From an uncultured delta proteobacterium (GTDB lineage: Bacteria > Desulfobacterota > Binatia > UBA9968), in contig CAWJBB010000030.1 in assembly GCA_963840855.1 (NCBI GenBank), positions 160,001 to 224,000 on the forward strand: 64,000 nucleotides of DNA. The letters run 5' to 3'. The position numbers were made by a program, and so were the translations under genes. The notes beneath the pieces were generated by a model. It was not told where the DNA came from. It saw only the letters and a program-made list of their open reading frames with translations, and did not search any database. This document shows positions 42,251 through 53,175 of the stretch, piece by piece (the first letter of the stretch is position 1; each line of letters begins with the position of its first letter).

Positions 42251-43331
42251 CGGAGCGGTGGAAAAGAAACTCGTCGGCGTGGCCGACGTGGTCATTAGCG
42301 CCGCGCAGCGAAGCAAAGATCCTGCCCTTTCGATTCCCGTGCGCAGTCTCGCCAACGTCACGTTCAACGAGAAGCGGGGTATCATCGAGATGGGCCGTAG
42401 GAAGCAGGCGCGCTCGTTCTTCAACGTCGGCATGGCCAAGAAGTTCATGCAAACGGTGCTGGTCGCCGATGCCCTTGCGGAACTGCAGCGCGCGAATTTA
42501 ACCACTTCTCTCAGGGAGATCTACTACCGCACCAAGCACACGATCAAAAACTCCCACGAAAACACCTTTGACAACCAGAACGAATCGGACCCGCTCATCG
42601 AAGACCTGGAAGTCACCTTGGAAGCCCTGCGCGAAGAGCTCCACGTGCGCGCTGAGAACTCCGGCACCGTGGTGGGGCCGCTGGTATTGGTCGACGACGG
42701 CGACCGTGTGGACTGCACCAGGCTGGGGAAAGGCGGTTATTCGGTTCCCTCCATCGTCGAGCCTGAATACATTCAGCTCACTAAGTGCACGGCGGATTTC
42801 GTGCTTCTCGTCGAAAAAGGCACCCAGTGGAATCGCCTTTCAGAAGACAAGTTCTGGCGCAGATACAACTGCATCCTGCTCACCGGAAACGGCCAGCCGC
42901 CTCGCGGCGTCAGGCGCCTGGCGCGCAGGCTGCACGAAGAATTTAGTCTGCCCGTTTATGTCCTCGTCGATAACGACCCCTGGGGCTACTACATCTACTC
43001 GGTCGTCAAACAGGGGTCGATCAATCTCGCTTTTGAAAGCGAGCGCATGGCCATTCCCAAGGCCAAGTTCATCGGCTTCTCCAGCGCCGATCCCGATCGC
43101 TACGGCCTGCCGCGCAACGTCGGCATCAAGCTCAACGACAAGGACATCAACCGGGCAAAAGAACTGATGAAGTACAAGTGGTTTCAGAAAAAGGAGTGGC
43201 AGAATGAAATCAAGGGGATGCTCTCAATAGGTCTCAAGTACGAGCTCGACTCGCTTGCCAACAAGGACTTTCAGTACCTGACCAAAACCTATCTCCCCAA
43301 AAAACTCAAAGAGAAAGATTGGCTGGATTAG
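42225..43331 (+). CDS. top6A: DNA topoisomerase VI subunit A (Spo11 family)
   Basis: SLREIYY catalytic Tyr, NTFDNQNESD, LVEK, DNDPWG TOPRIM motif. Confidence 0.95.
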   Translation: MARKKSKNNGAVEKKLVGVADVVISAAQRSKDPALSIPVRSLANVTFNEKRGIIEMGRRKQARSFFNVGMAKKFMQTVLVADALAELQRANLTTSLREIYYRTKHTIKNSHENTFDNQNESDPLIEDLEVTLEALREELHVRAENSGTVVGPLVLVDDGDRVDCTRLGKGGYSVPSIVEPEYIQLTKCTADFVLLVEKGTQWNRLSEDKFWRRYNCILLTGNGQPPRGVRRLARRLHEEFSLPVYVLVDNDPWGYYIYSVVKQGSINLAFESERMAIPKAKFIGFSSADPDRYGLPRNVGIKLNDKDINRAKELMKYKWFQKKEWQNEIKGMLSIGLKYELDSLANKDFQYLTKTYLPKKLKEKDWLD

Positions 43332-43401
43332 ACGGACGCGGACAGCCATTCAGCTCTTCGAGTACTGCGTTTGGAAATCACTGCTAGAAGGTTGGGACGT
43401 T

Positions 43402-43516
43402 GGTAGCGGTTCAGTCTCAGAAATTTGTAGGGGCCCCCGTGCCTGCCCGCATCAGGGCGACCACAGGGGATCGCCCCTACATTGATACGTTTGTTGAATC
43501 AAACTGAACCACTACC
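43402..43516. repeat. MITE-like shell enclosing a GTAG-type REP
   Basis: Inverted repeats GGTAGCGGTTCAGT / ACTGAACCACTACC around TGTAGGGGC...GCCCCTACA (43426-43481). Confidence 0.7.
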
Positions 43517-43649
43517 GCGGCGTTTCTCTCCTTGACAGGTCCCTTCCACTGAAATAAACGACGATTGTAAGTTTACTGTGCCTTCGGCAATCGTCGGAGT
43601 CCTAATTCGAGAGCCGCCGATCACCATGAAGAGCACAGGAGGAGGCGTC

Positions 43650-44705
43650 ATGTTTCGAGTAGACGTAGATGCGCATGTAGACGAAACGGAAGCGACCTGG
43701 GAATACCTCGACGATGGGGCGCACCGCTTCAAGCCGGTCACACTTGACCCGGGCGCCGCGACGGCGCCGGGCGATGCCCGGCCGCACCGCCTCTGGCTTA
43801 TCGACGGAACGATCAGGCTCAGGCGCTGGCGCGATGACCAGCGAACGGGAACCGTCAAAGCGACCCGAGAGCTTGTGGACGTGGAGGCCCGGCTGCGCCA
43901 CATGGACGAGCTGCGCGTCGACGTGCAGGTGCTCTACCCCACACTGTTCCTCCATGCTTTTACCGCTCGACCGGAGATCGACGTAGCACTGTGCAAGTCT
44001 TACAATCGCTGGATCGCCACAGCCACTGAGAAGAGTCGCGGACGGCTCCGCTGGGTCGCAGTTTTGCCGCTGCTCGACATCGACAAGTCCGTGCAGGAGC
44101 TACGCTGGGCGAAGGATCATGGCGCCTGCGGGGTGTTCAAGAAAGGCATCGAATGCGGTGACCGCGCGGCCAGCGATCCGTACTTCTTTCCAGTCTACGA
44201 GGAGGCGAGCCGCCTCGATCTGCCTATCTGTATCCACAATGCGACGGGAAACGTCGAGTCCGCCACCGCGGAAGGTTCCGGCCTGGGAGGAGGAATGGTT
44301 GCTATCGCGGCGTTCACCGCGCTCGCGGAGCATGGCATTCCCGAGATGTTCCCGAATCTCAGGGTGGGATTCATCGAGACGGGCGCTTCCTGGGTGCCGT
44401 ATCTCTATTCCGATCTGGTGGCAAAGAAACTGCGGCGGACCTTTCTTCCCATCGACTTCAAAGAAGACTTGTTCCGCCGCAACCGTTTCTACGTCGCGTG
44501 CCAAACCAACGATGATCTTCCCTACATCTTGAAGTACGGGACCGAAGACAGCTTGATGATCGGAACCGACTATAGCCATGCGGACCAATCGGCAGAGATT
44601 CAGGCCCTGGACGTCATCGAGCAGCGCGGCGAGAACGGGGAAATCCCCGCCTCTGTCGCCCGCAAGATCCTGGACGACAACCCGCGCCGGTTCTACGGGC
44701 TATAG
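43650..44705 (+). CDS. Amidohydrolase family protein (Amidohydro_2)
   Basis: VDAHVDE, CIH, FPNLRVGFIETGASW, GTDYSH. Confidence 0.9.
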   Translation: MFRVDVDAHVDETEATWEYLDDGAHRFKPVTLDPGAATAPGDARPHRLWLIDGTIRLRRWRDDQRTGTVKATRELVDVEARLRHMDELRVDVQVLYPTLFLHAFTARPEIDVALCKSYNRWIATATEKSRGRLRWVAVLPLLDIDKSVQELRWAKDHGACGVFKKGIECGDRAASDPYFFPVYEEASRLDLPICIHNATGNVESATAEGSGLGGGMVAIAAFTALAEHGIPEMFPNLRVGFIETGASWVPYLYSDLVAKKLRRTFLPIDFKEDLFRRNRFYVACQTNDDLPYILKYGTEDSLMIGTDYSHADQSAEIQALDVIEQRGENGEIPASVARKILDDNPRRFYGL

Positions 44706-44963
44706 GCGAACTTCCGGAACGTTCCCACATTCTACTCACGTAACTGCTCGGCGACAACGCGCCGAAAGCGGCGCTGAACATACAGCAGGACCTCGGCGTA
44801 AACTTAGTGCTATAGCGGATGCGTGGCGAGGCACGCCGTGGAAACGAAATGCCGGGGGGTTATCGACTTGAGCCACGTGCAAGTGTCGAAACAATATTTC
44901 ATACTGAACTTGTTGTGAGAGATTGTGGGTGAAAAGCGCGACGCGCGCGGCCCGGAGGTGACC

Positions 44964-47084
44964 ATGAGCGTACTGGGACAGCAGAAGCGAGGAAGCGGCG
45001 GCTCCGCGCCGGCCGGGCGCATCCAGCCAGGTAACAGCGGGCCAGGAGCTCCGAAGACTGCGGGAAAGCTGAAAATGCCTCCGGGCCGAACCTGGCTATG
45101 GTTCGTGCTCATCTTGCTTGCAAACTTCTTGCTGGCGAGGTTCTTCATGCCGAGTCCCGATGCGCCACTCACAGTTCCGTATACTTTTTTCAAGGAGGAG
45201 GTAAGGAAGAACAATGTCGAGGCGATTTACAGCCGCGGCGAGACCCTGACGGGCCGCTTCGCGGCGCCGGTGACCTATCCGCCGGCGGAGAAAAAGAGCG
45301 CAGCGCCGAGAGGCGCGCCCGAAAAGTCGAGCGAGCGTGGCGCGGCGCGCCGTGCGGCTCCGAGAACAGCGAGTAACTTCACGACCACCTTGCCCGCCTT
45401 CGTAGATCCCGGGTTGGAGACGTTTTTGATTGATCACGGGGTTCAAATCAGCGCTGAACCTATCGAAGAAGGCGGCAGCCCGTGGACGACGTTCCTTTTT
45501 GGCTTTGGCCCGGCCCTACTCCTCATCGGATTTTACGTTTGGCTCTTCCGGCGCGCGGCGCAGCAGGGCGGCGGCATGGGCGGACTCATGGGTATCGGCC
45601 GGAGCAGGGCGCGCCGCTACGATCAAGAGAAGGATACCAAAGTCACCTTCGACGACGTCGCCGGCATCGACGAGGCCGAGAACGAGCTCGTCGAAATCGT
45701 GGATTTTCTGAGAGATCCCAAGAAATACACCCGCCTGGGCGGGACTGCGCCGAAGGGCGTGTTGCTGATAGGCGCGCCGGGCACAGGCAAGACCTTGCTA
45801 GCGAAGGCGGTCGCCGGAGAGGCGGGCGTGCCGTTCTTCTCGATGAGCGCCGCGGAGTTCGTGGAGATGATCGTGGGAGTGGGCGCGGCGAGAGTGCGGG
45901 ACCTTTTCAAGCAGGCGCGCGAGAATGCGCCCGCGATCGTCTTCATCGATGAGCTGGACGCCATCGGTCGCGCGCGTGGGCAGATGGCGATTGGCGGTTC
46001 GAGCGAGCAGGAGCAGACCTTAAACCAAATTCTCACCGAGATGGACGGCTTCTCCAGCCGCGAGGGCATCATTGTCTTGGCCGCGACTAACCAGCCGGAC
46101 GTGCTCGACAAGGCGCTCCTGCGGCCCGGACGCTTCGACCGGCGCGTGGTGGTTAACCTCCCCGACAAGACGGGGCGCGAGGCGATCCTCAAAGTCCACA
46201 CCCGCAGCGTGCCACTCGCGAAGGACGTAAATTTAGCGGACCTTGCAGCCGTGACGTCAGGGCTCTCGGGAGCTGACCTGAAGAACCTGGTCAATGAAGC
46301 GGCGCTGCTGGCGGCTCGCCGCGAGCAGAATGAGGTCCGTCACAAGGACTTTCTCGATGCACTCGAGAAAATCGTGCTCGGCCCCGAGCGCCCGCTGCTC
46401 TTGAGCCGCGCCGACAAGCAACGCATCGCCTACCATGAAGGCGGACATGCAATTCTCGGCCTGGTGGTTCCCGGCGCTGACCCGGTGAACCGGGTGACAA
46501 TCGTGCCGCGTGGGCAGGCCCTCGGAGTGACTTATCAGCGCCCGGACAGCGAGCGCTACAACTATCCGGAAGCCTATCTACGCGCGAGGATCATCGGGAT
46601 GCTGGGCGGCCGCGCGGCGGAGGAGATCGTCTATGGCACCAAGACGACTGGCGCAGAAAGCGACATCGAGCAAGCCACCGGCCTGGCGCGCCGGATGGTC
46701 ACGCGCTGGGGTATGAGCGAGCGGCTCGGAATGGTGCAGCTCGCGCCCCGGGAGAACCCATACCTGAGCGTTCCGAACGGTTATGCAGGCTCGAGGGAGT
46801 TCAGTGAGGAGACGGCCGAAGCCATCGACGAGGAGGTGCGCAAGATCATCGGCGAGAGCCATGACGAGGCGATACGCCTTCTGAGCGCGCACCGAAAACA
46901 ACTCGACGCGCTGGTTGAAGCGTTACTCGTGCGCGAAACTCTCAATGAGCAGGAGATCCTTGAGGTTACCGGGCTCCCGCGCGCGCCCGCTTTGGAGACC
47001 GGGATCTTACCCGCTGGCGCGGGCAACGGTGGCGACGGTCACTCGCGTGACGACTCGGTCTCGCCACGCGCTTACAAAGAATAG
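44964..47084 (+). CDS. ftsH: ATP-dependent zinc metalloprotease FtsH
   Basis: Two TM helices, [26 protein letters not shown]. Confidence 0.95.
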   Translation: MSVLGQQKRGSGGSAPAGRIQPGNSGPGAPKTAGKLKMPPGRTWLWFVLILLANFLLARFFMPSPDAPLTVPYTFFKEEVRKNNVEAIYSRGETLTGRFAAPVTYPPAEKKSAAPRGAPEKSSERGAARRAAPRTASNFTTTLPAFVDPGLETFLIDHGVQISAEPIEEGGSPWTTFLFGFGPALLLIGFYVWLFRRAAQQGGGMGGLMGIGRSRARRYDQEKDTKVTFDDVAGIDEAENELVEIVDFLRDPKKYTRLGGTAPKGVLLIGAPGTGKTLLAKAVAGEAGVPFFSMSAAEFVEMIVGVGAARVRDLFKQARENAPAIVFIDELDAIGRARGQMAIGGSSEQEQTLNQILTEMDGFSSREGIIVLAATNQPDVLDKALLRPGRFDRRVVVNLPDKTGREAILKVHTRSVPLAKDVNLADLAAVTSGLSGADLKNLVNEAALLAARREQNEVRHKDFLDALEKIVLGPERPLLLSRADKQRIAYHEGGHAILGLVVPGADPVNRVTIVPRGQALGVTYQRPDSERYNYPEAYLRARIIGMLGGRAAEEIVYGTKTTGAESDIEQATGLARRMVTRWGMSERLGMVQLAPRENPYLSVPNGYAGSREFSEETAEAIDEEVRKIIGESHDEAIRLLSAHRKQLDALVEALLVRETLNEQEILEVTGLPRAPALETGILPAGAGNGGDGHSRDDSVSPRAYKE

Positions 47085-47113
47085 CGGGCGCCGGGCGTGC
47101 CGCCTCGACTTCA

Positions 47114-47582
47114 CTAATGTGATGGTTGTGAAATTTCCGGATAACGTAAGCGGACCACTCGAGCGAGTCCCTTGAGTTTATCCTCGATCCTCAACTTAAA
47201 GTGTTCTTCGGGGATCAAGCACTCGAGGCACGCTTCCGGTCCGGGGAGAACAATTATAGAAAACAACTCCGTCTTCGAAACGACTTGATAACGAACCCGC
47301 CTGCCGAACTTCTTTGCTTCATACTCCGTAACTCCATCGACTTCGCGCAACAGGCCCTCAGCGAACGGGTGCTCGCCGCGGAAAAATTTCGTTTGCACTT
47401 TCGGAAATCGCTGCTGAATGTGCCGTTCCACCCGACGCAGCGCTACATCACCATTGGTGGTCCCGGACCACAGCAACCCTACGTTTCTCCCTTCGAGAGT
47501 TGCGAGCCGGGGGCTCACCCCCCTGAGGCTTTAGGTCGCCACGGATCTCCGCTACGGGATTCAACACTTTGAGCTGTGCCAT
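47114..47582 (-). pseudogene. Chimeric remnant: UGSC-family N-terminus fused to a NifU-like CxxC C-terminus
   Basis: MAQLKVLNPVAE..(G-run indel)..SPRLATLEGRNVGLLWSG..NGD, then abruptly ...GPEACLECLIPEEHFK; the UGSC/CGSC motif is missing. Confidence 0.45.
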
Positions 47583-48063
47583 ATTTGCTCTCTTTCTTGG
47601 GAATGTTCCGATGAAAAACTATCCTGACGTAAGTTGTTGTAAATGACAGGCTGCCGACCGCCGCGCGTGACCGCCATCATCGTTCCATCACGTCTCACAG
47701 TCGGGCAGGACGAAGACTATTGCATCGACGCAATATCAAAAGCGCACCAGACTCGCAACCTGAGTGAAATTTCGACGACCGCACAAGAGCGGTTCTCGGT
47801 CAAGTGTCTATCTTCGGCCGGGCGAAGCGTCTCTCGTCGAAGATGAATCGTACGAGCAAAAACTCGGCGAGGATCTGAAGACTGGAAACCGCACACCGCA
47901 TTGATTGATACACGATGTTTCGGATCACGGCGCCGGAGCAGCATTTGGGCCTGCTAATCATCGACTGAGAAATCCACAGCCGATGGGTCTTGACCGAGGG
48001 TTCCCAACCGGCGTATGGTCGCTCTAGTTGACCCCTGCGCTAAGCGGAAAAGGAGGCTTTCTT

Positions 48064-49287
48064 ATGCTGACAACCAACAAGGTGAAGACCCCGCGTAGTT
48101 TCCGCATCGTCGGACCTCAACGCCAGATCGATGAGCGCGAGACGCCGCATCCCAAAGTCGAACGCGGCGAATTCGGAACGCGGCTCCGTGACTGGCGAAA
48201 AAATCGCGTCGGCGGCGATCCTTTCCGGCGCCTCTTCGGCGGCGGCGGCGAAGGTGATCCGAACAATACCTTAAATAAGATAATGAGGGACGCGCCCGAG
48301 GGAAAGGTCAATCCTAACCAGATCCCCGTGGACGATCCGGCGGAAATGGCCGAGCAAATTAAAGGAGTCGCCAAGTACCTTGGCGCCGATGTCGTGGGGA
48401 TTTGTCATCTCGACCAGCTTTATGTCTATTCCCACCGCGCCCGGGGCAACGCCGCTATGGGAGAAAAACCCGGCGATCCCGTCAACATAAAGCACCGCTA
48501 CGCCATCTGCCTGGGTTTCGCGAGCGACTACTACCGCTACATGAGCAACAACAGCAAAATCTCCGACACGGAGTATCAGTTCGGCAACAACCACGCCATC
48601 GTGCCGACGTTCATGCTTGCGTCCTATATCCGTGAGATGGGCTATCCCGCGACTGCTAATCACCACGGGCGGTCGTCGGTCAACCCGATTCCCTTAGCAA
48701 TCAACGCTGGGCTGGGCGAGCTGGGGCGCCACGGCATGCTGATTCATGAAAAGTACGGCTCGCGACTGCATTTGACGGTGGTGACGACTGATCTTCCCTT
48801 GGCGGTCGATCAACCGGTGGATATCGGCGTCGAAGAGTTCTGCAAATACTGCAAAAAGTGCGCGCGCACCTGTCCCTCGCACAGCATTCCCTTCGGCGAA
48901 AAGGAAGTCTTGAACGGCGTCGAGAAGTATCTCGTCAACATAGAGACTTGCTACAAATACAAGCTGGCGGGCCGCGGCGAGTGGACCAACTGCGTCGTTT
49001 GCGTTTCATCATGCTGCTATAACAAGCCCGATACCTGGTGGCACGACGTGGCGATGTGGTCGGTAAAGAAAACACCTCCAATGTTACGCGTGTTGGTCGT
49101 TAAACCGCTGCTGTGGATGGATGACCTGATATGGGGAAAAAGGCCATGGAAACGCATGAAGTGGCTGAGCTACGACAACGCGCCGAAAACTATGACTTGC
49201 AATATTCCAGGCTGCAATGCCAAGCACACCAACCTGCAGGACAAGCGGCTTCATACCACCAACGTCGCTCAGGGAGGAACGCACTGA
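48064..49287 (+). CDS. Reductive dehalogenase-like cobalamin/2x[4Fe-4S] protein (RdhA/QueG superfamily), no Tat signal
   Basis: IKGVAKYLGADVVGI, LASYIREMGYPA, AGLGELGRHG...YGSR..L..VTTDLPL, FCKYCKKCARTCP, C...CVVCVSSC. Confidence 0.85.
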   Translation: MLTTNKVKTPRSFRIVGPQRQIDERETPHPKVERGEFGTRLRDWRKNRVGGDPFRRLFGGGGEGDPNNTLNKIMRDAPEGKVNPNQIPVDDPAEMAEQIKGVAKYLGADVVGICHLDQLYVYSHRARGNAAMGEKPGDPVNIKHRYAICLGFASDYYRYMSNNSKISDTEYQFGNNHAIVPTFMLASYIREMGYPATANHHGRSSVNPIPLAINAGLGELGRHGMLIHEKYGSRLHLTVVTTDLPLAVDQPVDIGVEEFCKYCKKCARTCPSHSIPFGEKEVLNGVEKYLVNIETCYKYKLAGRGEWTNCVVCVSSCCYNKPDTWWHDVAMWSVKKTPPMLRVLVVKPLLWMDDLIWGKRPWKRMKWLSYDNAPKTMTCNIPGCNAKHTNLQDKRLHTTNVAQGGTH

Positions 49288-49339
49288 CGATTGAGCGAAG
49301 TCTGAACCGACGAATTTACTGACGGGAGAAAGCAAAGCA

Positions 49340-49594
49340 ATGGCGTTCATAATTGCGGAACCATGCATTGGCGTAAAAGACAAAGCGTGCATCGACGTTT
49401 GTCCGATGGACTGCATTCACGGCGGCGACAAGGACGAGATGCTCTACATCGATCCGGACGAGTGCATCGACTGTGACGGATGCGTTCCGGTATGCCCGGT
49501 GGAAGCCATCTTTCCCGCGGATAAAGTCCCGGAAAAGTGGAAAAACTATGTCCAGATCAACGCGGACTACTTTAAAGCGCGGAAGTCACCCTAA
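49340..49594 (+). CDS. Ferredoxin (FdxA-like dicluster)
   Basis: CIGVKDKACIDVCPMDC...IDPDECIDCDGCVPVCPVEAI. Confidence 0.92.
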   Translation: MAFIIAEPCIGVKDKACIDVCPMDCIHGGDKDEMLYIDPDECIDCDGCVPVCPVEAIFPADKVPEKWKNYVQINADYFKARKSP

Positions 49595-49617
49595 AGATTT
49601 TATCCTACATAGGGTAT

Positions 49618-49730
49618 CGTCATTCCGGGCAAGCTGGCGATAGCTAGCGCGACCCGGAATCCAGGAAAATGAAAGCTTCTGGCTTCCCGCTGGAGCTTCT
49701 CCTGAGCCCAGCCGAAGGGCCGGTATGACG
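49618..49730. repeat. GTCATTCC-type REP hairpin with nested module
   Basis: CGTCATTCCGGGC...CCCGGAATCCAG...CTGGCTTCCCG..[CCTGAGCCCAGCCGAAGGG]CCGGTATGACG; related copy at 63728-63837. Confidence 0.6.
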
Positions 49731-49925
49731 TACTCGGACTCCCAACGTTGTAAACGAACTTTAATTCCAGGACTCTAGCGCTGGTTCCTTTCTTACCACG
49801 CGTTGTTTCGGTATGAAAACTACCCAATCTTCGTTATCAAAGGACCTGCATCGCCGCGCACTCGCTCGCGCGTCATCTGACTCCGGTGCGTTCATGAATC
49901 ATTCCGGTGTTGTGGCCGGCGGTTG

Positions 49926-50807
49926 CTACGGCCGCAGCCCGGGTTCCACTGCAGAAATGTTCAGGCGTGGCGGGGTGGACTCGAGTTCGCGCAGGAACTC
50001 CGCCAGGGCGTTCCAGAACTCTTCGCGCCGCTCGATCCCGTAGTGACGCGCGCCCGCCAGCTTCACAGTGCGCTGGGGTCCGCCCCACGCGCGCGCGAGC
50101 GCGACGCCGTTTTCAACCGGAGTGACGTCGTCATGCTCGGCGAGGATGAACAGCGCGGGCACCTTGATCGCTGGCGCGATCGCAGCCGCGTCGTAGCGCC
50201 CGTTTAGCAATAGCCCGGCCGGTAGCCAGGGATAGCGCTCCGCGGCGAGGGCGGCGAAGCTGTCAAAGGGAGTGGCAAGAATCGCGCCGCGGATCTGACG
50301 CGTCGTCGCCAGGGAAACGGCGAAGTACGTGCCCAGGCTCCGGCCGAGCACCACGATGCTCGACGGGTCCACGTCGGATCTCGCCGCGGCGTAATCATAG
50401 ATGAGGCCGGTGTCTTCCAGCACGACGCTCTCGGAGGGCTCGCCTTCGGATAGACCGAAGCCTCGATAGTTGATGAATAGCCAGCCCCAGCGCTCGGGCT
50501 TGACGCCCCGATCAATCATCCAGGACGATTCCCGGCGCACGCCGCCGAAGACGATCACCAGCGGAAAGCGCTGGCCGGACCGCGCCGCCGCCGGATGCTT
50601 CAGCCATCCATGCAGCGTGACGCCGTCGGCCGTTTTAAGGCGCACTTCCTCGATGCCATTCGCGCGCGACGCCACCGACGCGAGATACTCCGGGTCCGAG
50701 CTCCTCGGCCGAAACAGGAATCGTTGCTCCAGCGGTTCCATCATGAGGCCGCAGCCGACGGCGAGCAGCGCGACGGTACCGGCGAGGATGGTGAGTAAAG
50801 ATCGCAC
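49926..50807 (-). CDS. Alpha/beta hydrolase (ABHD13/BEM46-like); start uncertain
   Basis: TADGVTLHGW, NYRGFGLSEGEPSE, GRSLG nucleophile elbow, D and H triad residues. Confidence 0.85.
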   Translation of the reverse strand: MRSLLTILAGTVALLAVGCGLMMEPLEQRFLFRPRSSDPEYLASVASRANGIEEVRLKTADGVTLHGWLKHPAAARSGQRFPLVIVFGGVRRESSWMIDRGVKPERWGWLFINYRGFGLSEGEPSESVVLEDTGLIYDYAAARSDVDPSSIVVLGRSLGTYFAVSLATTRQIRGAILATPFDSFAALAAERYPWLPAGLLLNGRYDAAAIAPAIKVPALFILAEHDDVTPVENGVALARAWGGPQRTVKLAGARHYGIERREEFWNALAEFLRELESTPPRLNISAVEPGLRP

Positions 50808-50911
50808 GGGTGGTATTCTACATTGCACGAAAAACGGAGCAAGGGGCTGCGTCCGTGGCTCTGAAACACGGTGGCTTGAACGGCTGCAAAACGAGTTATA
50901 TTCTTGGTGCC

Positions 50912-53011
50912 ATGGACGAGCAGGAACTACCAAGCCAGAACGTGGATCTTATACAGAGCCAACATCAGGCTTTGCTGGAAGTTTCACAGGCGATTGCCTC
51001 GCACCGAGATCTCGGGCAGCTTTTTCATGACCTCGCGCCGCGCCTCCACCTCGTGGTTCAGTTTGACTTCGTCAATCTGATCCTGCACGAGCCGACCCGC
51101 AATGTGATGCGATCGCATGTCTTGGAATGCCCAGAGCCGGATTATGTCTGCCCCTCACAGGAATGCCCTATGGAAACCCCGGGAGGCTGGGTGTGGCAGA
51201 CTCAACAAACATGGGTAGTTTCCCAACTTGACCTTGAAACCCGTTTCCCCGATTGCTCGCGCTGGCTGAGCGAGCGCGGGGTGCAGTCGCTCTGTGTCGT
51301 TCCGATTACAACCGCATTACGGAAATTGGGTGCCCTGGCTTTCGGCAGCTCGCGGAAAGCGGCCTACTCTGAGACCGACGTGACTTTTCTGCAACAGGTG
51401 GCCAGGCAAGTGGCGGTGGCGGTCGACAACGCGCTCAACTTCGAGCAGGCGCAAACCGTCCAACAGCAGCTCCAGGAAGAACGCGATCGTTTGCGCCTCT
51501 TGTTGGAAGTGAACAATACCGTAGTGTCGGCGCTCGATCTGCACGAACTGCTAAGCGCGGTATCCACTTCTCTGCGACGCCTATTCAAGCATGAATACGC
51601 CAGCCTTTCTCTCTACGATGCAGAAACCCAGCGGCTGCAGATTCACGCGTTGGATTTCCCGGTCAGCAAGGGCCTGCTCCAGGAAGGTCTCTGGGTCCCC
51701 GTTGAGGGATCACCGACGGGAAGAGCCTTGACGTCGCGCCAGCCGGTCTTCATAACCCGCCGCGACATCGAGCAATTTGGTTCCGACATCGCCCGGCGCA
51801 TCGTCGCCGAAGGTCTCCAGTCTGGATGTTGCTTACCTCTGGTTTCACACGGCCGGCCCCTTGGCACGCTCGTGGTGGCAAGCATGCGCGAGGAAACATT
51901 CCCGCAAAAAGACGCCGAGCTGCTTCACCACGTCGCCAATCAAATCGCCATAGCCGTCGAAAACGCGCTGGCTTTCGGGCAGGTGGTGGAGCGAGCGAAC
52001 AAGCTCACGGAGGAAAAACTCTATCTCCAGGATGAGATCCGCACCCGGCATGATTTCGAGGAGATCATCGGTGAGGACCGCGCTCTCAAAAATGTCTTGC
52101 AGCAGGCGCAAACGGTAGCTCCCACCGACTCCACCGTTCTCATTCTCGGCGAAACCGGTACAGGCAAGGAGCTGATCGCCCGCGCCATTCACAATCTGAG
52201 CGCGCGCCGCGAGCGGGCCCTGGTGAAAATAAACTGCGCCGCCATCCCCACCGGCCTCCTTGAAAGCGAATTGTTCGGCCATGAGAAAGGCGCGTTCACC
52301 GGGGCCATCCTGCAACGCGTCGGCCGCTTCGAGCTCGCCAACGGCGGCACGCTTTTTCTTGACGAAGTCGGCGACATTCCGCTCGAACTCCAGCCCAAGT
52401 TGCTGAGGGTTTTGCAGGAGCACGAGTTCGAGCGCCTTGGGAGCACGAAAACGCTTCGCGTGAACGTGCGAATCGTCGCCGCCACGAACTCGAATTTGCC
52501 GCAAATGGTCGCCGAGAAGCAATTTCGCAGCGACCTGTTTTACCGGCTCAATGTTTTTCCCATCGTCATTCCGCCGTTGCGCGAGCGGCGCGAAGATATT
52601 TCTCTTTTAGTGCGATACTTTGTGCAAAAGTACGCACGACGCATGAAAAAAAAGGTCGAGACGATTCCAGCCAGCGCGATGAAAGCGTTGTCTGAATACA
52701 ATTGGCCAGGCAATGTCCGGGAACTGGAAAATTTCATCGAGCGCGCGGTCATCCTTTCCCGCGACGCGCAACTGGAAATTCCGCTTACCGAGTTGAGGCC
52801 AGTGACGAATCTCGCGCCGGTAATCTCTGCAAACGGCGCCGCGACCCTGGAACAGGCTGAACGGGAGCATATCGTGCGCGCCCTGGGCGAAGCGAATTGG
52901 ATAATCGGCGGCGCGGCGGGCGCCGCCGCACGCCTGGGTATGAAGCGGACCACTCTTCAATCACGCATGAAACAATTGGGCATCGCGCGTCCCAGATTAA
53001 CCCCAGCTTAA
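50912..53011 (+). CDS. Sigma54-dependent activator with two GAF domains (FhlA/HyfR-like)
   Basis: GAF-GAF; GETGTGKE, GAFTGA, LFLDEVG, WPGNVRELEN; Fis-type HTH. Confidence 0.92.
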   Translation: MDEQELPSQNVDLIQSQHQALLEVSQAIASHRDLGQLFHDLAPRLHLVVQFDFVNLILHEPTRNVMRSHVLECPEPDYVCPSQECPMETPGGWVWQTQQTWVVSQLDLETRFPDCSRWLSERGVQSLCVVPITTALRKLGALAFGSSRKAAYSETDVTFLQQVARQVAVAVDNALNFEQAQTVQQQLQEERDRLRLLLEVNNTVVSALDLHELLSAVSTSLRRLFKHEYASLSLYDAETQRLQIHALDFPVSKGLLQEGLWVPVEGSPTGRALTSRQPVFITRRDIEQFGSDIARRIVAEGLQSGCCLPLVSHGRPLGTLVVASMREETFPQKDAELLHHVANQIAIAVENALAFGQVVERANKLTEEKLYLQDEIRTRHDFEEIIGEDRALKNVLQQAQTVAPTDSTVLILGETGTGKELIARAIHNLSARRERALVKINCAAIPTGLLESELFGHEKGAFTGAILQRVGRFELANGGTLFLDEVGDIPLELQPKLLRVLQEHEFERLGSTKTLRVNVRIVAATNSNLPQMVAEKQFRSDLFYRLNVFPIVIPPLRERREDISLLVRYFVQKYARRMKKKVETIPASAMKALSEYNWPGNVRELENFIERAVILSRDAQLEIPLTELRPVTNLAPVISANGAATLEQAEREHIVRALGEANWIIGGAAGAAARLGMKRTTLQSRMKQLGIARPRLTPA

Positions 53012-53175
53012 TCACAGCCGTTCCCGAGACAAACAGAGGCCGATATTTCGGCAGCTGCCGACCCGCGAGCGTGACACCGCCGCAATCGACTGGAGCCAAT
53101 CGTTAACGTCCGAAAACGGCCGGTAACTGTCTTGCGTACGGGCTTCATTTATCCCAATACTGTTTTTGACACGCT

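Noticed and set aside
47600-48000. Short ORFs between the UGSC remnant and the dehalogenase-like gene; possible cobalamin riboswitch
   Set aside because: No recognisable protein motif and no B12-box consensus identified.
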